From a bacterium (lineage in GTDB: Bacteria; Patescibacteriota; Minisyncoccia; Phycocordibacterales; UBA2100): 64,000 bases of DNA. The DNA lies in NCBI GenBank assembly GCA_030647655.1, contig JAUSJH010000002.1, forward strand, positions 130,445 through 194,444. The letters run 5' to 3'. This document shows positions 18,551 through 28,286 of this stretch, in pieces. Position numbers and translations under genes: made by a program. The notes under the pieces were generated by a model. It was not told the DNA's origin, did no database searches, and worked only from the letters and a program-made list of their open reading frames with translations. Position 1 is the first letter of the stretch. The number at the start of each line of letters is the position of its first letter.

Positions 18551-19982
18551 ATTGCCACGGGTCGCCCACGTCGGCGTCGTCGCCAAAGAGCGCGCCGTCC
18601 CTTTTGAGCGGCGTCCAATCAGTGAATGCGCCGGTCATCTTACCCATGTACGGGGTGATTATCTTCATGATGCGCTCAAAATCTATCTCGTCGGCTTCCA
18701 CGATTCCTTCCCGCGGATGTTCAATCGCCCACACCATTCCGCCGAGCACTCCAGCCGTCACTTGCAGTCCGGTCGCGTTTTGGTAGGGCGCGAGCTTCCG
18801 CGTCTCCTCAATGGTCAATTGCGAGCCATACCAATACGCGCCTTTTTTGTGTCCCATCAGAAGCACTCCGAGCTCGTCCATGCCGGATTCTATTTCTTCA
18901 AGAAGAATGCGCTGTTCGGGCTGAAGGACATTATTGTTGCCGAGACATTCTTCTAGGGAGAGGAGCGACGCGTCGCAAGAGCGGTATGCGTAGTGTACCG
19001 TCGGTCGGTAGACCGTCTCGTCCTTTTGTTTGAGGGAAAAGTAATCAGCGATGGATATGGATTCGTTGTGCGTCACTGCTCGTCCAAGGAAATGCCCGTG
19101 CTGAGGCGTCCATGTGCGTACGAGCACTTTCGCACCGGGGCGTTCGAGGTAGATGGCCGCGCCGCATCCGAAATCGTGCCGACGCGCACCTTTCGGCCAA
19201 TGTTTCTCGTGCGTACCCCAGCCCATCTCGCTCGGCTGGTTGATCCCTTCCGAATGAAAGCCGTTCACGGACCACGTGTTCTCAAATCTACCGATTTTCT
19301 TCGGCGTGGACGCGACTTGTGAATCATATTCGGCAATATGGATGGTCCGGACAGAAAGTTTGCGCATCAAAGCCGCCCACTCTTTGCGATTCTGGGGTTT
19401 TTTCACTTTGTAGCCGATCTTTTTTGCGATATTAAGAAGCGCTTGTTTTACGAAGTGGGAGACGATACCGGGATTTGCTCCGTGCGCCACGACCGAAGTC
19501 GCTTTCCCCATTGAAGTTTTCTTGAGCGCAAGTGCATTCTCGCGCAATCCATAGTTGGAGCGCTGGGATATGGTGAGCGATGGGTCGCTGTATCCGCCGA
19601 ACCACGGTTCGATACAGGTATCAAGGTAGAGAATATCGTGCTTGTGGCAGAATTGTATGAGGTCAAGCGATGAAACGTCCACCGAAAGGTTCAAGAGAAA
19701 ATCTCCCGGACCAATGCGCGAGCGGAGTACTTTTTCATAATTTTCGCTCGTGACAGCTTTGATGCGGAATCGAATACCTTCTTTACGCGCAACACCGCGT
19801 CCGGTAGGATCCGCAGTGATAATACTGATATTCTTTCTATCAATTCCGATGTGCCGTAGTATCAAAGGGAGTACCCCCTGACCGATGCTTCCAAATCCGA
19901 TTATCAGTAACTTTCCGGGAAATCGCACATAGACAGGATACGGAGGCTTCCGCGATTGTCGTTTTTTATTCCTCTTCGCCAT
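18528..19982 (-). CDS. hss: Homospermidine synthase
   Basis: IGFGSIGQG, NLSVDVSS, YLDTCIEPW, HGANPGIVSHFVKQAL, NTWSV, THNESISI, YRPTVHYAY, QNATGLQV. Confidence 0.95.
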   Translation of the reverse strand: MAKRNKKRQSRKPPYPVYVRFPGKLLIIGFGSIGQGVLPLILRHIGIDRKNISIITADPTGRGVARKEGIRFRIKAVTSENYEKVLRSRIGPGDFLLNLSVDVSSLDLIQFCHKHDILYLDTCIEPWFGGYSDPSLTISQRSNYGLRENALALKKTSMGKATSVVAHGANPGIVSHFVKQALLNIAKKIGYKVKKPQNRKEWAALMRKLSVRTIHIAEYDSQVASTPKKIGRFENTWSVNGFHSEGINQPSEMGWGTHEKHWPKGARRHDFGCGAAIYLERPGAKVLVRTWTPQHGHFLGRAVTHNESISIADYFSLKQKDETVYRPTVHYAYRSCDASLLSLEECLGNNNVLQPEQRILLEEIESGMDELGVLLMGHKKGAYWYGSQLTIEETRKLAPYQNATGLQVTAGVLGGMVWAIEHPREGIVEADEIDFERIMKIITPYMGKMTGAFTDWTPLKRDGALFGDDADVGDPWQFKNFLYS

Positions 19983-20015
19983 TGTTTTGATAGTACCTTG
20001 ATATATAAAAAAGTC

Positions 20016-20084
20016 TATACCCCGTGAGATAGAAACGGTCTACGTCTATAACAAAAAACAATTGATTTTATCTCACGGGGTATA
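20016..20084. mobile_element. MITE-like element with 16-bp terminal inverted repeats
   Basis: TATACCCCGTGAGATA...TATCTCACGGGGTATA around a 37-bp AT-rich core; related half-site TTTCTAACGGGG at 9241-9252. Confidence 0.55.
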
Positions 20085-20092
20085 CTTGCGGC

Positions 20093-20773
20093 ATGGGAGA
20101 TAAAGAGGAGGACGTAAAAATTGAAGCCTCGTGGAAAGAGGCGCTGAAAGACGAGTTTGGGCAAGAGTATTTCAAGACTTTACGCGAGTTTGTGAAAGGG
20201 GAATATCAGCACGCCATCGTTTACCCCGCGCCAAAAAATATTTTCCGCGCTTTTGAGCTGTGCCCTTTTGATAAAGTCGAAGTCGTAATCCTCGGGCAAG
20301 ACCCGTACCACGGTGCAAGCCAAGCCAACGGCCTCTGCTTTGCGGTCAGTGAGGGCGTGCCCTTGCCGCCGTCGCTCCAAAATATTTTTAAAGAGCTGGC
20401 GACCGACATCGGGCCCGTGAAAAACAAAACGGGGGACTTGGAACGCTGGGCCAAGCAGGGTGTGTTGCTCTTGAACGCGACCTTGACGGTGCACGCACGC
20501 ACGGCCGGCTCGCATCAGGGGAAGGGGTGGGAAGAATTCACCGACGCTGTCATCCGCAAGCTCTCCGAAGAGCGCGAGAATCTGGTTTTCATCCTCTGGG
20601 GCAACTACGCCAAACAGAAAGTATCCGCGGTAGACCGCGCCAAGCATCTCGTGCTCGAATCCGCACATCCTTCGCCCTTTTCAGCGGCCAACGGCTTCTT
20701 CGGCTCCAAACCTTTCAGCAAAACGAACGAATATCTGGTCGAACACAACAAAAAACCGATTGATTGGTTGTGA
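20093..20773 (+). CDS. ung: Uracil-DNA glycosylase (family 1)
   Basis: GQDPYH, PPSLQNI, LLLNA, HPSPFS. Confidence 0.98.
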   Translation: MGDKEEDVKIEASWKEALKDEFGQEYFKTLREFVKGEYQHAIVYPAPKNIFRAFELCPFDKVEVVILGQDPYHGASQANGLCFAVSEGVPLPPSLQNIFKELATDIGPVKNKTGDLERWAKQGVLLLNATLTVHARTAGSHQGKGWEEFTDAVIRKLSEERENLVFILWGNYAKQKVSAVDRAKHLVLESAHPSPFSAANGFFGSKPFSKTNEYLVEHNKKPIDWL

Positions 20774-20855
20774 GTTGACGCTTAGTTCGGATTATTGTAT
20801 TTTCATGAGCGGGAAGGTCAGTCAGGCCACCCGTAACATCAACTGGGAGCGAGAC

Positions 20856-21245
20856 ATGACACACGTTCTTCGGTCCGTTGCCATCGCAGTGTTGGCGTGC
20901 TTTCTGGGAGCTACGACGGCCAGCGCACAAACCACCACCTTATCGCATAACTGGTCTGGCGAGCTCGTGCAGCTGAAAGAAATGGGCACCTGCGGTCCAT
21001 ACTTCAATGATGCCGGCAGTCACGCGTTTTTCAGCCTCACGCGCCGCTCGATCGAGGGTGAGACGGTGCGTCCTGTTTTTGTGATGTCAAAGCGCAATAT
21101 CACCCTGATTGCGGACGATGCGCAGACGGTGCCGTACGCCTGGCTTTCGTTTAATCTGGCAACCGGGCGACCCGTCGTCACCATCAAAGCATCAACGCTC
21201 GACATTCAAAAAGCAAAGTGCTTGAGCGTCATCAAGACCGAATAG
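20856..21245 (+). CDS. Hypothetical secreted protein (orphan)
   Basis: GGAG SD; signal peptide ending ASA|Q; own terminator. Confidence 0.65.
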   Translation: MTHVLRSVAIAVLACFLGATTASAQTTTLSHNWSGELVQLKEMGTCGPYFNDAGSHAFFSLTRRSIEGETVRPVFVMSKRNITLIADDAQTVPYAWLSFNLATGRPVVTIKASTLDIQKAKCLSVIKTE

Positions 21246-21280
21246 GGTATCGACCTTTAAGGCCTAGCACAAATTGCATA

Positions 21281-21313
21281 GAGGGCGCGGCCGTTGTCGC
21301 GCCCTCCTTGTTT
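21281..21313 (+). terminator. Intrinsic terminator
   Basis: Stem GAGGGCGCGG/TCGCGCCCTC followed by CTTGTTT. Confidence 0.6.
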
Positions 21314-22583
21314 AGACACGGAGAAGAGTATGGAGAGATTCTTTACGCAAATGCGGGCCGATGATGGCGAGGTTGAGGCCGTTGGTTTTTAGGATGTCCT
21401 GTGCGACGCGCTGAATGTCATTCGCACTTACTTTATCAACACCTTTGATGACCTCTTCCAACGTGCGGACTCTCCCGAGGTTGATGAGAGATGTCGCCGC
21501 ATGTCCCGCGACCTCGTCGCTCGTTTCGAGTGCCAGTGTCATCGTGCCTTTGATGTAAGACTTTGCCTTTTCAAGTTCTCGTGCGGAAACTTTTGTCCGC
21601 TTTATCTTCTTGAACTCCGCGAGGATGGTCTGAACCGTTTTTTCCAACTTTCCGTGCTCCACGCCGGCTTGCACCACGAAATAGCCTGTGTCTGGATATT
21701 TTTCCACCGATGCGTGCACGGAATAGGCGAGTCCGCGCTTCTCGCGTACTTCGGTGAAAAGGCGGCTGCTCATGCCTCCGCCGAGAATTGTGGCGAGGAC
21801 TGTGAGCGCGTACTCGTCTTTGTGCAGGTATGGATACGAAGGTACGCCGAGCATCAGCTGGGTCTGATCGGTCTTCTTTTCCTTAATCGCGATGCACGGA
21901 GCCTCTTGTACCGAGGCGAAGGGAATGGGTTTTTGCTCGCCGCGCTTCTTCAGGCGCCCGAAATCACGCGCTATCTTTGCGAGAACTTTTTTCGTCGAAA
22001 ACGCTCCTGCGACGCAGACGACTGTGTTGGCAGGCGTGTAGTGTGTCTGGAGGTAGTGGGAAAAATCGGAACGTTTGAACGCGCGGATATTTTCCTTCGG
22101 GCCGAGAATGGTCCGGCCGAGCGGGTGCTCGCTTCCGAAAATGAGCGCATCGAAGACATTGTCTATCGTGCGCATCGGCATGTCCTCATACATATCTATC
22201 TCTTGGATGATGGCGCCGCGCTCTTTTGTTATCTCTTTGCTCGGGAGTGTGGAATTGAGAAATATGTCGCTTATCACATCGAGTGCGGTATCCAGATATC
22301 GGCCGCTCACCTTGGCATAGTAGGCGGTGCGGTCTTTTGCGGTGAAGGCGTTGTAGACACTGCCGATTGTGTCGAGTTCCTCGCTGATAGCCCGTGCGCT
22401 CGGGCGTTTCTTGGTGCCCTTGAAGAACATGTGCTCCAAGAAGTGCGCGAGCCCGTTCTCGTGCATATTTTCATACCGCGAGCCCGTGCCGCTCATCACG
22501 ACGACGGTCGCGGTCGCCGTCTCCGGCATGGGAGCGAGTACGACCCGCAGACCATTCCGCAAAGTGTGTAGTCCGTACTTCAT
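21312..22583 (-). CDS. M16 (pitrilysin) family zinc peptidase
   Basis: HFLEH inverted zincin motif, NAFT, GGGMSSRLF..VREKRGLAY; start MKYGLH (22595 is an alternative). Confidence 0.95.
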   Translation of the reverse strand: MKYGLHTLRNGLRVVLAPMPETATATVVVMSGTGSRYENMHENGLAHFLEHMFFKGTKKRPSARAISEELDTIGSVYNAFTAKDRTAYYAKVSGRYLDTALDVISDIFLNSTLPSKEITKERGAIIQEIDMYEDMPMRTIDNVFDALIFGSEHPLGRTILGPKENIRAFKRSDFSHYLQTHYTPANTVVCVAGAFSTKKVLAKIARDFGRLKKRGEQKPIPFASVQEAPCIAIKEKKTDQTQLMLGVPSYPYLHKDEYALTVLATILGGGMSSRLFTEVREKRGLAYSVHASVEKYPDTGYFVVQAGVEHGKLEKTVQTILAEFKKIKRTKVSARELEKAKSYIKGTMTLALETSDEVAGHAATSLINLGRVRTLEEVIKGVDKVSANDIQRVAQDILKTNGLNLAIIGPHLRKESLHTLLRV

Positions 22584-22647
22584 TGCGAAGAGCATAGTAC
22601 CTTTCCATCTGTTGCACAAACCAAGCAAACACGTTACTTTAACTTGA

Positions 22648-24573
22648 ATGACCATAAACGAGATACGCACAAAGTACCTCAAGTTTTTCGAGGCGCGCAG
22701 GCATACCATAATCCCGAGTGCGCCCATCGTGCCGCAGAACGACCCGACAACGCTTTTTACGGGCTCCGGTATGCAGCCCCTCATCACCTATTTATTGGGT
22801 GCACCGCACCCGCAAGGCAATCGTTTGGTCAACAGCCAAAAAAGTTTTCGCGCAGAAGACATCGAAGAGGTGGGGGACAACAGACACACGACATTCTTCG
22901 AAATGCTCGGCAACTGGTCGTTGGGCGATTATTTCAAAAAAGAGCAGTTGCCATGGTTCTTCGAGTTTCTCACGAAGGAAATCGGGCTTGACACACAAAA
23001 ATTGTACGTAACAGTATTCATCGGCGATGAGAAAAACAACGTGCCACGTGATACGGAATCTGCTGAAATCTGGCAAAAATTGTTCGCGGACAAAGATATA
23101 GAGGCGAAAGTCGTCGAAGTTGGTTCCGAAGCTGATGGCTACCGGCTCGGTATGCAAGAAGGTCGCATCTTTTTCTACGACGCGAGTAAAAATTGGTGGA
23201 GTAGGGCAGGCGTGCCGGAGAATATGCCCGCAGGAGAGCCGGGAGGACCGGATTCGGAGGTATTCTACGATTTCGGCACGCCACACGACCCCAAATTCGG
23301 CCCCGAATGTCACCCCAATTGCGACTGTGGGCGATTTCTTGAGATAGGAAACTCGGTTTTTATGCAGTATCTCAAGCAGCCCGATGGTTCCTTCGAGCTT
23401 CTTCCAAAACAGAACGTAGACTTCGGCGGCGGGCTCGAGCGTATCGCGGCGGCAGCACAGAACAACCCTGACGTGTTTGCCATCGATGTCTTCGCCGACA
23501 CAATCGGCCTCCTCATTCATTTTTCCGGCAAAGAATATACCGACAGCCGCTACACGCGCTCATTCCGTATCGTCGCAGACCACATGCGCGCCGCCACCTT
23601 TATGTTGGGAGCGGGAGTGCGACCCGCCAACACCGAACGAGGCTATGTGTTGCGACGCTTGCTACGTCGTGCGGCTCAACACGCACAGAAACTCGGTGTC
23701 GAACACGGAGAGGGCAAAGAGAGCATGCTCGTCAAATGTGCGGTGAATTTTATAGAGAAGTATAAGCAGGCGTATCCGGAACTAGTAAGTGAGGAGGTAT
23801 ATCAGATAATTAGCGACGAAATATGGAAAGAGGAAAAACAGTTCGCTCATACGCTCGAAAGCGGCATGCGGGAGTTCGAGAAGGTTGCGCAGGCAGGGCA
23901 CATCTCGAGCGACGACGCTTTTGTACTCTTCACCACCTACGGATTTCCATTCGAGATGACGCTCGAGCTTGCGCATGAGCGTGGGATTGATGTAGACGAA
24001 GACGGCTTTGCGACCGCGATGAAGAAGCACCGTGAATTGAGTCGCGCCGGAAGCGAGCAAAAATTCAAAGGCGGATTAGCAGACACATCAGAGAAAACAA
24101 CGCGCCTCCACACCGCGCACCATCTCTTGTTGAAGGCGCTTCAGATAGTGCTCGGACCGACCGTCAAACAGCGCGGCTCCAACATCACACAAGAGCGCCT
24201 GCGCATCGATTTTTCGTACGGCGCGAAGATGACACTCGAGCAACTCAAAGAGGTGGAGCGCATCGTGAATGAAAAGATCGCTGAAGCGCTCCCGATGATA
24301 CACTCGACACTTCCAAAAGAAGAGGCGGAAAAACTTGGCGCCGAGCATGAATTCGGTGCGAAGTATCCCGACATGGTCTCGGTCTACGCGCTTGGGCCGA
24401 AAGGCGCAACCAAAGCGAATCCTCAACTCGACAAAGCATTCTCTATAGAATTTTGCGGCGGCCCGCACGTCTCGAACACGAAGGAGATCGGTGAAGGAGG
24501 CACATTCAAAATACAAAAAGAAGAAGCCGTCGCCGCAGGCATCAGGCGCATAAAGGCTGTCTTGACCGATTAG
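22648..24573 (+). CDS. alaS: Alanine--tRNA ligase (short form, no C-Ala)
   Basis: DPTTLFTGSGMQP, HTTFFEMLGNWS, DFGGGLER, RGYVLRRLLRR; editing motifs HTAHH and EFCGGPH. Confidence 0.97.
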   Translation: MTINEIRTKYLKFFEARRHTIIPSAPIVPQNDPTTLFTGSGMQPLITYLLGAPHPQGNRLVNSQKSFRAEDIEEVGDNRHTTFFEMLGNWSLGDYFKKEQLPWFFEFLTKEIGLDTQKLYVTVFIGDEKNNVPRDTESAEIWQKLFADKDIEAKVVEVGSEADGYRLGMQEGRIFFYDASKNWWSRAGVPENMPAGEPGGPDSEVFYDFGTPHDPKFGPECHPNCDCGRFLEIGNSVFMQYLKQPDGSFELLPKQNVDFGGGLERIAAAAQNNPDVFAIDVFADTIGLLIHFSGKEYTDSRYTRSFRIVADHMRAATFMLGAGVRPANTERGYVLRRLLRRAAQHAQKLGVEHGEGKESMLVKCAVNFIEKYKQAYPELVSEEVYQIISDEIWKEEKQFAHTLESGMREFEKVAQAGHISSDDAFVLFTTYGFPFEMTLELAHERGIDVDEDGFATAMKKHRELSRAGSEQKFKGGLADTSEKTTRLHTAHHLLLKALQIVLGPTVKQRGSNITQERLRIDFSYGAKMTLEQLKEVERIVNEKIAEALPMIHSTLPKEEAEKLGAEHEFGAKYPDMVSVYALGPKGATKANPQLDKAFSIEFCGGPHVSNTKEIGEGGTFKIQKEEAVAAGIRRIKAVLTD

Positions 24574-24627
24574 ATTCGTGAGTTCATAGTGTCCACCAGT
24601 GGGCATCCCGCCCCAAGGAGAACGGCC

Positions 24628-25182
24628 ATGGCCGCACAAGGTGGAAATGCCCCAGCCGAGGCAAGAGGGCCTGGCTGGTGGATCGTTAACTCAGCCGTTG
24701 GTGAGGAGATCTTCGCCAAATGCGGTTGTTGCGGGCAGAAAATCGGACCCATGTATCAGGTCATCCGCGTCAGCGACAAGCAGGACAGCGAATGGCACCG
24801 CCTCGGAAAATTTGGTAAGGAGTGGAACGCGGGCTATCCGTTGGCTACACTCGCGACCGTTCTCGCCTTCGGTATCACATTCGGCATTGGTCTGGGGTTG
24901 TTACCGGAAGCACGTCTTGATCAATACCAACACATGCTTCTGGGCATCGTGCTGGCGAGCATGGCGGTAGCTGGGATTGTGATTCTCGGCACCGTCTTGC
25001 CGATGAACCGCTACAACCGGAAAGTGCGGGCAAATCGCAAGCGCTTGCAGGCTGCGTTTCTGGCGCAATTTGGCGCTATGACACCGGACGAGGTTGCAAC
25101 GCCGTATTCGTGGGGCGGAGGCATCAAATATGCCCTCGTTCCCGACGGTGTCAACAATGAACTGCAATACCAGACCTACTAA
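24628..25182 (+). CDS. Hypothetical 2-TM membrane protein (orphan)
   Basis: AAGGAG SD; CGCC motif; two TM helices; own terminator. Confidence 0.65.
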   Translation: MAAQGGNAPAEARGPGWWIVNSAVGEEIFAKCGCCGQKIGPMYQVIRVSDKQDSEWHRLGKFGKEWNAGYPLATLATVLAFGITFGIGLGLLPEARLDQYQHMLLGIVLASMAVAGIVILGTVLPMNRYNRKVRANRKRLQAAFLAQFGAMTPDEVATPYSWGGGIKYALVPDGVNNELQYQTY

Positions 25183-25205
25183 GATTGAGCGCGGTGCTCA
25201 GACGA

Positions 25206-25249
25206 ATTCCCCACGCCCCTGGCATTGTCCAGTGGGCGTGGAATATTTT
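25206..25249 (+). terminator. Intrinsic terminator
   Basis: CCACGCCC...GGGCGTGG stem followed by AATATTTT. Confidence 0.55.
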
Positions 25250-25285
25250 CGCGCCTAGCTATTGCAAGCTGATATACTAGGAGTC

Positions 25286-26452
25286 ATGTTCGGTACACAC
25301 CTCGGGCGAGGGCGCGGGAAAATAGTCGCCGTCGCTGATATAGGAAGCGGAAGCGCGGCTGTCGCGATACTTGCACTGCATCCGAGAGCGCCGGCGACAG
25401 TCTTAGCGGCCACGCGCGCGATACTTCCTATTGAAGAGCGTACACAGGAAGCGCTCATTGCGGGGATTGGTGAACAGTTGGTAAAAGCGGCGGGCGAGGC
25501 CCAGAAACAGTACGCGGCTATGAACCCAAAAGGTGTTAAGCCTGTCAGAGCGCTATACTGCATCATTCGTGCGCCATGGAGTCGATCGCAAACGGCGCTT
25601 TCGGGCACAGCCTTCAAAGAAGAAACGACCATTACCGAGCAAATGGTGAGTGGGCTTGCCCAACAGGCGATTGCGACCGTAAAAGAATTGGACCCGCAGA
25701 ACTTTTTTGAAACAAGTGTTACTCGCGTCGAGTTGAACGGGTATCCTACAGGAGAGCCGATAGGAAAGCGCGCTCGCGAGATACGCATCTCTACCTTGGT
25801 GAGTGATTGCAATCCGCGCATACGCGCGGAAGTCGAAAGCTCGCTTCAGAGCGTGTTTCCCCACCTCTCTCCGGTATTCCGCTCCTCCACACGCGCACTT
25901 GTCTCGGTCTTGCGTGAGCTTCCCCAGAGAGAGCGGGATTATTTCATTGTGGATATGGCAAGCGAAGGCACTTCGCTCATCGCAGTTCGGGATGGCGTCC
26001 CTGCTGAACACATCTCTATTTCCGAAGGCGTACGCACTATATTGAATCGCATCTCTGATACTGGACTCCCTGAAGAAACATTGAGCCTCATACGGATGCT
26101 CGCTCGTGAAGAGTGCAGTACGACTGCATGCGAAACCATCCAACGTTCTTTGGGGCTCCTCGAACCCGAGCTCGTACGGGTATTCGGGGAAGCTATGAGC
26201 ACATGCGCCAAAGAGATGCGCCTGCCCAACGCGCTTCTTCTTATCGCGCATCCAGATGTGTCTCCGTGGCTTTCCAAGTTCTTCTCACGCATCGATTTTG
26301 CGCAATTCACCATGACGACACAACCCTTCATCGTAGGGACCATAGACATTCCCGATCTCGCGCATCTTGTAAAACCCCACAATGGCGTCGCCAGAGATAG
26401 CGCACTTGCGCTCGGGTGTGCACTTGTCAACATGGAAGAGAATCGGGCCTAA
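25286..26452 (+). CDS. Divergent actin-fold (FtsA-like) protein
   Basis: VADIGSGS phosphate-1-like motif, second IVDMASEGT motif, LNGY. Confidence 0.6.
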   Translation: MFGTHLGRGRGKIVAVADIGSGSAAVAILALHPRAPATVLAATRAILPIEERTQEALIAGIGEQLVKAAGEAQKQYAAMNPKGVKPVRALYCIIRAPWSRSQTALSGTAFKEETTITEQMVSGLAQQAIATVKELDPQNFFETSVTRVELNGYPTGEPIGKRAREIRISTLVSDCNPRIRAEVESSLQSVFPHLSPVFRSSTRALVSVLRELPQRERDYFIVDMASEGTSLIAVRDGVPAEHISISEGVRTILNRISDTGLPEETLSLIRMLAREECSTTACETIQRSLGLLEPELVRVFGEAMSTCAKEMRLPNALLLIAHPDVSPWLSKFFSRIDFAQFTMTTQPFIVGTIDIPDLAHLVKPHNGVARDSALALGCALVNMEENRA

Positions 26453-26475
26453 TCTTTTGTTATACTGCAGAGACA

Positions 26476-27909
26476 ATGGCGAAAGATTATTTTCAGGACA
26501 TAATCCCTCCTGCGGGAGATTCGAATCCTCGCCCGCTTCCATCGCGGTTGGCTCCTCAAGCGTCACTACCTATAGAAGAGCCGCTTATGCCAGAACAAGG
26601 CGCCGGAGAAGACGTGAATGCCGTCCCCATACACGTCGGCGAGCCGCAGACACCACGCAGTATACGCAATATCTCGGGGCCCATACGCCAGCGATCGGCG
26701 CGCGCGGGGATGGTGGGTGGTGATATGCGCGAATCCGCATTCGTGAACCCGCCACCTAAGGCGCCGCGTAGTTTCTCAAACCTTTGGATATGGGCTCTCG
26801 CCATACTCTCATTTCTTGTCCTTGCCGGTCTTTTGCTTTTCGCCTTCCGTTCGACGACCGTCACCGTAACACCAAAATCACAAACTCTCACTCTCAATAA
26901 TACCGTCATCACCGCTTTTCCCGCAGAGAGCGCCACTTCCGGCATGCTTTTATATACAGTGCAGGGCTCTGATCTCGAGGACTCGGAAGTCGTGCCGGCG
27001 AAAGGCTCCACTCACGTAGAGGATAAAGCATCCGGCTCCATAACGGTGTACAACGATTATTCTACCGCGAGCCAACGTTTGATAAAAAATACACGCTTCG
27101 AAACTCCTGATGGTCTCGTATTCCGCACGCCGGCGGACATCGTCGTGCCGGGGAAAAGAGGGACTGTGCCCGGGCAGGTCAATGTCACGATCATTGCCGA
27201 TCAGGCAGGCGAGAAGTACAACATTGGCGCAATCGCACGCTTCACTTTGCCCGGACTGAAATCTAGTCCTGATATGTACGCCAAAATATACGCGAAATCG
27301 AGTGTCGCAATGACCGGTGGATTCGTGGGCGAACAACCGGGCACAGAGCCCGGAGCACTCGACAAAGGGAGAGCGGCAATCCGGAGCCGTTTTCAAGACA
27401 AGGCAAACGAAGCCGCGGCCGCAAAAGCAACATCCGACGTCTTTGCGCTTCCTGCCGCACTATCGTATCAAAGTCTACCCAACACTACGGAGGCGGGCGG
27501 AAGTGTGCGCATTCATGAAAAGGCTCATGTTGAGATTATTCTTCTATCTGTAGACGCGTTTGCTCAAGCGGTTGCGCAATCATCTTCTGCCAACATTGAA
27601 AATGGTTCGATGACACTGAAGACAAACGAGGATTTCGTCATCAATAATATGAGCGCTACCTCGAGCATTCTCGGCACGGATTCCCTGCATCTCTCTGTTT
27701 CCGGCACAGCACTCTTGGTTTGGAAAGTGGATGCAGGGGCGCTCGCGGCCGCACTCGCGGGTCGAGACCAGGGCGCATTCCAGACCATCGTGAATGGTTT
27801 TTCGAGCATTCAGGAAGCCAACGCTAGGATCGAGCCTTTTTGGAAAAATAGCTTTCCAGCCAATGCCGAGGATATCAAGGTGAAGGTAGTCGAACCGAAC
27901 GTCGATTGA
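26476..27909 (+). CDS. Membrane-anchored protein with baseplate-J-like domain
   Basis: Disordered N-terminus, one TM, ASGSITVYN, TRFETPDGLVF, ADQAGEKYNIG, MTGG. Confidence 0.65.
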   Translation: MAKDYFQDIIPPAGDSNPRPLPSRLAPQASLPIEEPLMPEQGAGEDVNAVPIHVGEPQTPRSIRNISGPIRQRSARAGMVGGDMRESAFVNPPPKAPRSFSNLWIWALAILSFLVLAGLLLFAFRSTTVTVTPKSQTLTLNNTVITAFPAESATSGMLLYTVQGSDLEDSEVVPAKGSTHVEDKASGSITVYNDYSTASQRLIKNTRFETPDGLVFRTPADIVVPGKRGTVPGQVNVTIIADQAGEKYNIGAIARFTLPGLKSSPDMYAKIYAKSSVAMTGGFVGEQPGTEPGALDKGRAAIRSRFQDKANEAAAAKATSDVFALPAALSYQSLPNTTEAGGSVRIHEKAHVEIILLSVDAFAQAVAQSSSANIENGSMTLKTNEDFVINNMSATSSILGTDSLHLSVSGTALLVWKVDAGALAAALAGRDQGAFQTIVNGFSSIQEANARIEPFWKNSFPANAEDIKVKVVEPNVD

Positions 27910-27954
27910 GGTTTGACCTAACCGGTCTAGGGTGCTATATTTCTTCGCGCAGAT

Positions 27955-28161
27955 ATGTCCGAACCAGAGGTTGTCACGGGAATTGTCGATGAGGCGCTTC
28001 CCAACACCCTTTTTCGCGTAAAACTCGAAGGCGGCGAGATAGTACTTGCGTACCTCGCCGGCAAGATGCGTCTGCACAGAATTAAAGTGCTTGTCGGTGA
28101 TCGTGTTGAAGTACGCTTGGACCCTTACGGCGGGCGGGCGCGGATTACCCGGCGCTCATAA
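27955..28161 (+). CDS. infA: Translation initiation factor IF-1
   Basis: [26 protein letters not shown]. Confidence 0.97.
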   Translation: MSEPEVVTGIVDEALPNTLFRVKLEGGEIVLAYLAGKMRLHRIKVLVGDRVEVRLDPYGGRARITRRS

Positions 28162-28171
28162 GACCACCAGC

Positions 28172-28285
28172 ATGAAAGTAAAATCTTCCGTAAAAAAGAT
28201 CTGCGCGCATTGCCGCACCGTCAAGCGCCGAAGGCGCGTCTGGGTCATTTGCACCAATCCGCGGCACAAACAAAGACAAGGATAA
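28172..28285 (+). CDS. rpmJ: 50S ribosomal protein L36
   Basis: [14 protein letters not shown]...[13 protein letters not shown]. Confidence 0.97.
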   Translation: MKVKSSVKKICAHCRTVKRRRRVWVICTNPRHKQRQG

Positions 28286-28286
28286 T

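Noticed and set aside
21501-22571. 356-aa + strand ORF, and other long antisense ORFs (40644-41675, 32651-33526, 31103-31948, 51118-51963)
   Set aside because: They lie antisense to well-supported genes and have no motifs; shadow ORFs of GC-rich coding sequence.
26476-27909. Prophage or contractile injection system suggested by the baseplate-J-like domain
   Set aside because: No sheath, tube, capsid, terminase or integrase genes nearby; the protein is membrane-anchored among core genes.
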